62,943 bases of DNA from an uncultured bacterium (GTDB lineage: Bacteria; Patescibacteriota; Minisyncoccia; UBA6257; GWB1-50-10), in contig CAINEW010000024.1 in the NCBI GenBank assembly GCA_903847915.1, positions 1-62,943 of the forward strand, in the 5' to 3' direction. The notes below the pieces were generated by a model, which saw only the letters and a list, made by a program, of their open reading frames with translations, made no database searches and was not told the origin of the DNA. The position numbers and the translations under genes were made by a program. Numbering within the stretch: the stretch's first letter is position 1; each line of letters begins with the position of its first letter. Positions 62,037 to 62,943 of the stretch are shown in pieces.

Positions 62037-62943
62037 TTATGGAGCGATAGGACAATATTGATTAAGCTTTGATTTAGTGTCAGAGAGCTTTAAAGCAATA
62101 GCGTTTTCAAGAGTAGTAGCACGTCCTGCGGAAGAAATCGCAGTTGAAAGCAGGGTGGCAATCCGCGCAGTGCGATTACTACTCGGTTGAAGGGCTTGAA
62201 TGGTTGTTAGCTCGGCGGTAGAAGTAGTAATAAGCGTTAATTCTTCGACAATCTTCGGTTTCCAGGTATTTTTTGCGGTTGCGAGATCAGTCACCGCAGC
62301 TCCCTTAAGTCCTGCAATACCCGGGTTAGAGCCATTAGGATCAATACTGGTATAACAAGCAACAAGTCCTTTCGGCGTCTGAATCACTCCATCATTTTCA
62401 AGAAGTGGAACTAATTGATTATTTTCGGTTTGCGCCTTGGTGTTTGTGGTGCGCGAAGCACTAAGTGATGTGCTCGCATTTAAGATTTGGAGATCAGAGG
62501 TGTTTTGTGTGTGAGCACCATACCCGCGATCATTAGAAATTCTTGCTGCTTCCCCTAACGTTCCTCCATCATTTCCTGTTCTATTACTAAAATCTTTATC
62601 TTCCGGTTTTAATTCATCTTTAATATTCTTAATACCATTTTTAACCATTTTATTAAAAAGCGCATCGCCGATCGCCGAAAGATATTCAGTCAAATCTTCA
62701 GAGGTGAGCACATAATCAAGATCATGTGTAGAGACCTTTGCAGTCGCGGCAGCAATCGTATTCCCCGGTGTGTTGATAAGATAACGTCCGCACGACCAAG
62801 GACCGATGGAGGCGTTAGGATCAATGCTTAAAATACGATTAGCATCATCAGAAGGAGGAGTTTTTTCGTATGAGGGAATCCATGGTAATTCAGAAAACCA
62901 ATCTTCGCCTGAATCGTATGTGCCGCTCCCAATTACCACATCC
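62037..62943 (-). CDS. hypothetical protein, 5'-partial (frame open to window edge)
   Basis: At least 300 aa, S/T/N-rich and probably extracytoplasmic. The listed start is a GTG 4 nt from the window end and the frame stays open. Confidence 0.5.
   Translation of the reverse strand, partial: DVVIGSGTYDSGEDWFSELPWIPSYEKTPPSDDANRILSIDPNASIGPWSCGRYLINTPGNTIAAATAKVSTHDLDYVLTSEDLTEYLSAIGDALFNKMVKNGIKNIKDELKPEDKDFSNRTGNDGGTLGEAARISNDRGYGAHTQNTSDLQILNASTSLSASRTTNTKAQTENNQLVPLLENDGVIQTPKGLVACYTSIDPNGSNPGIAGLKGAAVTDLATAKNTWKPKIVEELTLITTSTAELTTIQALQPSSNRTARIATLLSTAISSAGRATTLENAIALKLSDTKSKLNQYCPIAP

Overview
This 62.9 kb window is densely packed bacterial chromosome using the standard genetic code. The gene content looks like a reduced-genome Patescibacteria/CPR (Parcubacteria-like) organism, but that assignment is an inference from content only. 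The window spans the replication-origin neighbourhood: dnaA-dnaN on the minus strand faces rpmH-rnpA-yidC-jag on the plus strand, with a perfect DnaA box between them. Most of the window is housekeeping. It includes hup, rny, gpmI, secG, rnj, trpS, ileS, argS, smpB plus tmRNA, infC-rpmI-rplT, PolX, a Clp-type AAA+ ATPase, UDG, ruvA/B/C, rpsT, a PilB/GspE ATPase, tsaE, PBP1A, tRNA-Leu(CAG) and tRNA-Arg(CCG). No rRNA gene or CRISPR array was seen.

The non-core content worth a second look is:
1. A decayed diversity-generating retroelement (DGR) at 4.8-6.3 kb, next to a toxin-antitoxin pair. It has frameshifted reverse-transcriptase fragments, an Asn-codon-rich template-like repeat, and a target gene whose C-terminal repeat differs from the template only at template adenines.
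2. A tmRNA-adjacent islet at 19.4-23.5 kb carrying a GIY-YIG gene and a C-protein-controlled R-M-like module.
3. A 10.6 kb co-directional type IV secretion-like cluster at 52.3-62.9 kb. It encodes a VirB4-like ATPase, PrgI-like and TrbL/VirB6-like proteins, and a pilin-like protein fused to an LAS-type peptidase.
4. An IleRS carrying a complete histidine-phosphatase domain inserted between its zinc-knuckle motifs.
5. An interspersed family of strictly phased 10-11 bp ATTAC arrays in at least six intergenic sites.
6. An identical 23-nt palindromic motif in two convergent intergenic regions.
7. Inverted complements of the T-arm lying downstream of both tmRNA and tRNA-Arg, each matching its own upstream gene.

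All calls rest on reading the sequence and the ORF translations by eye. No searches were run.
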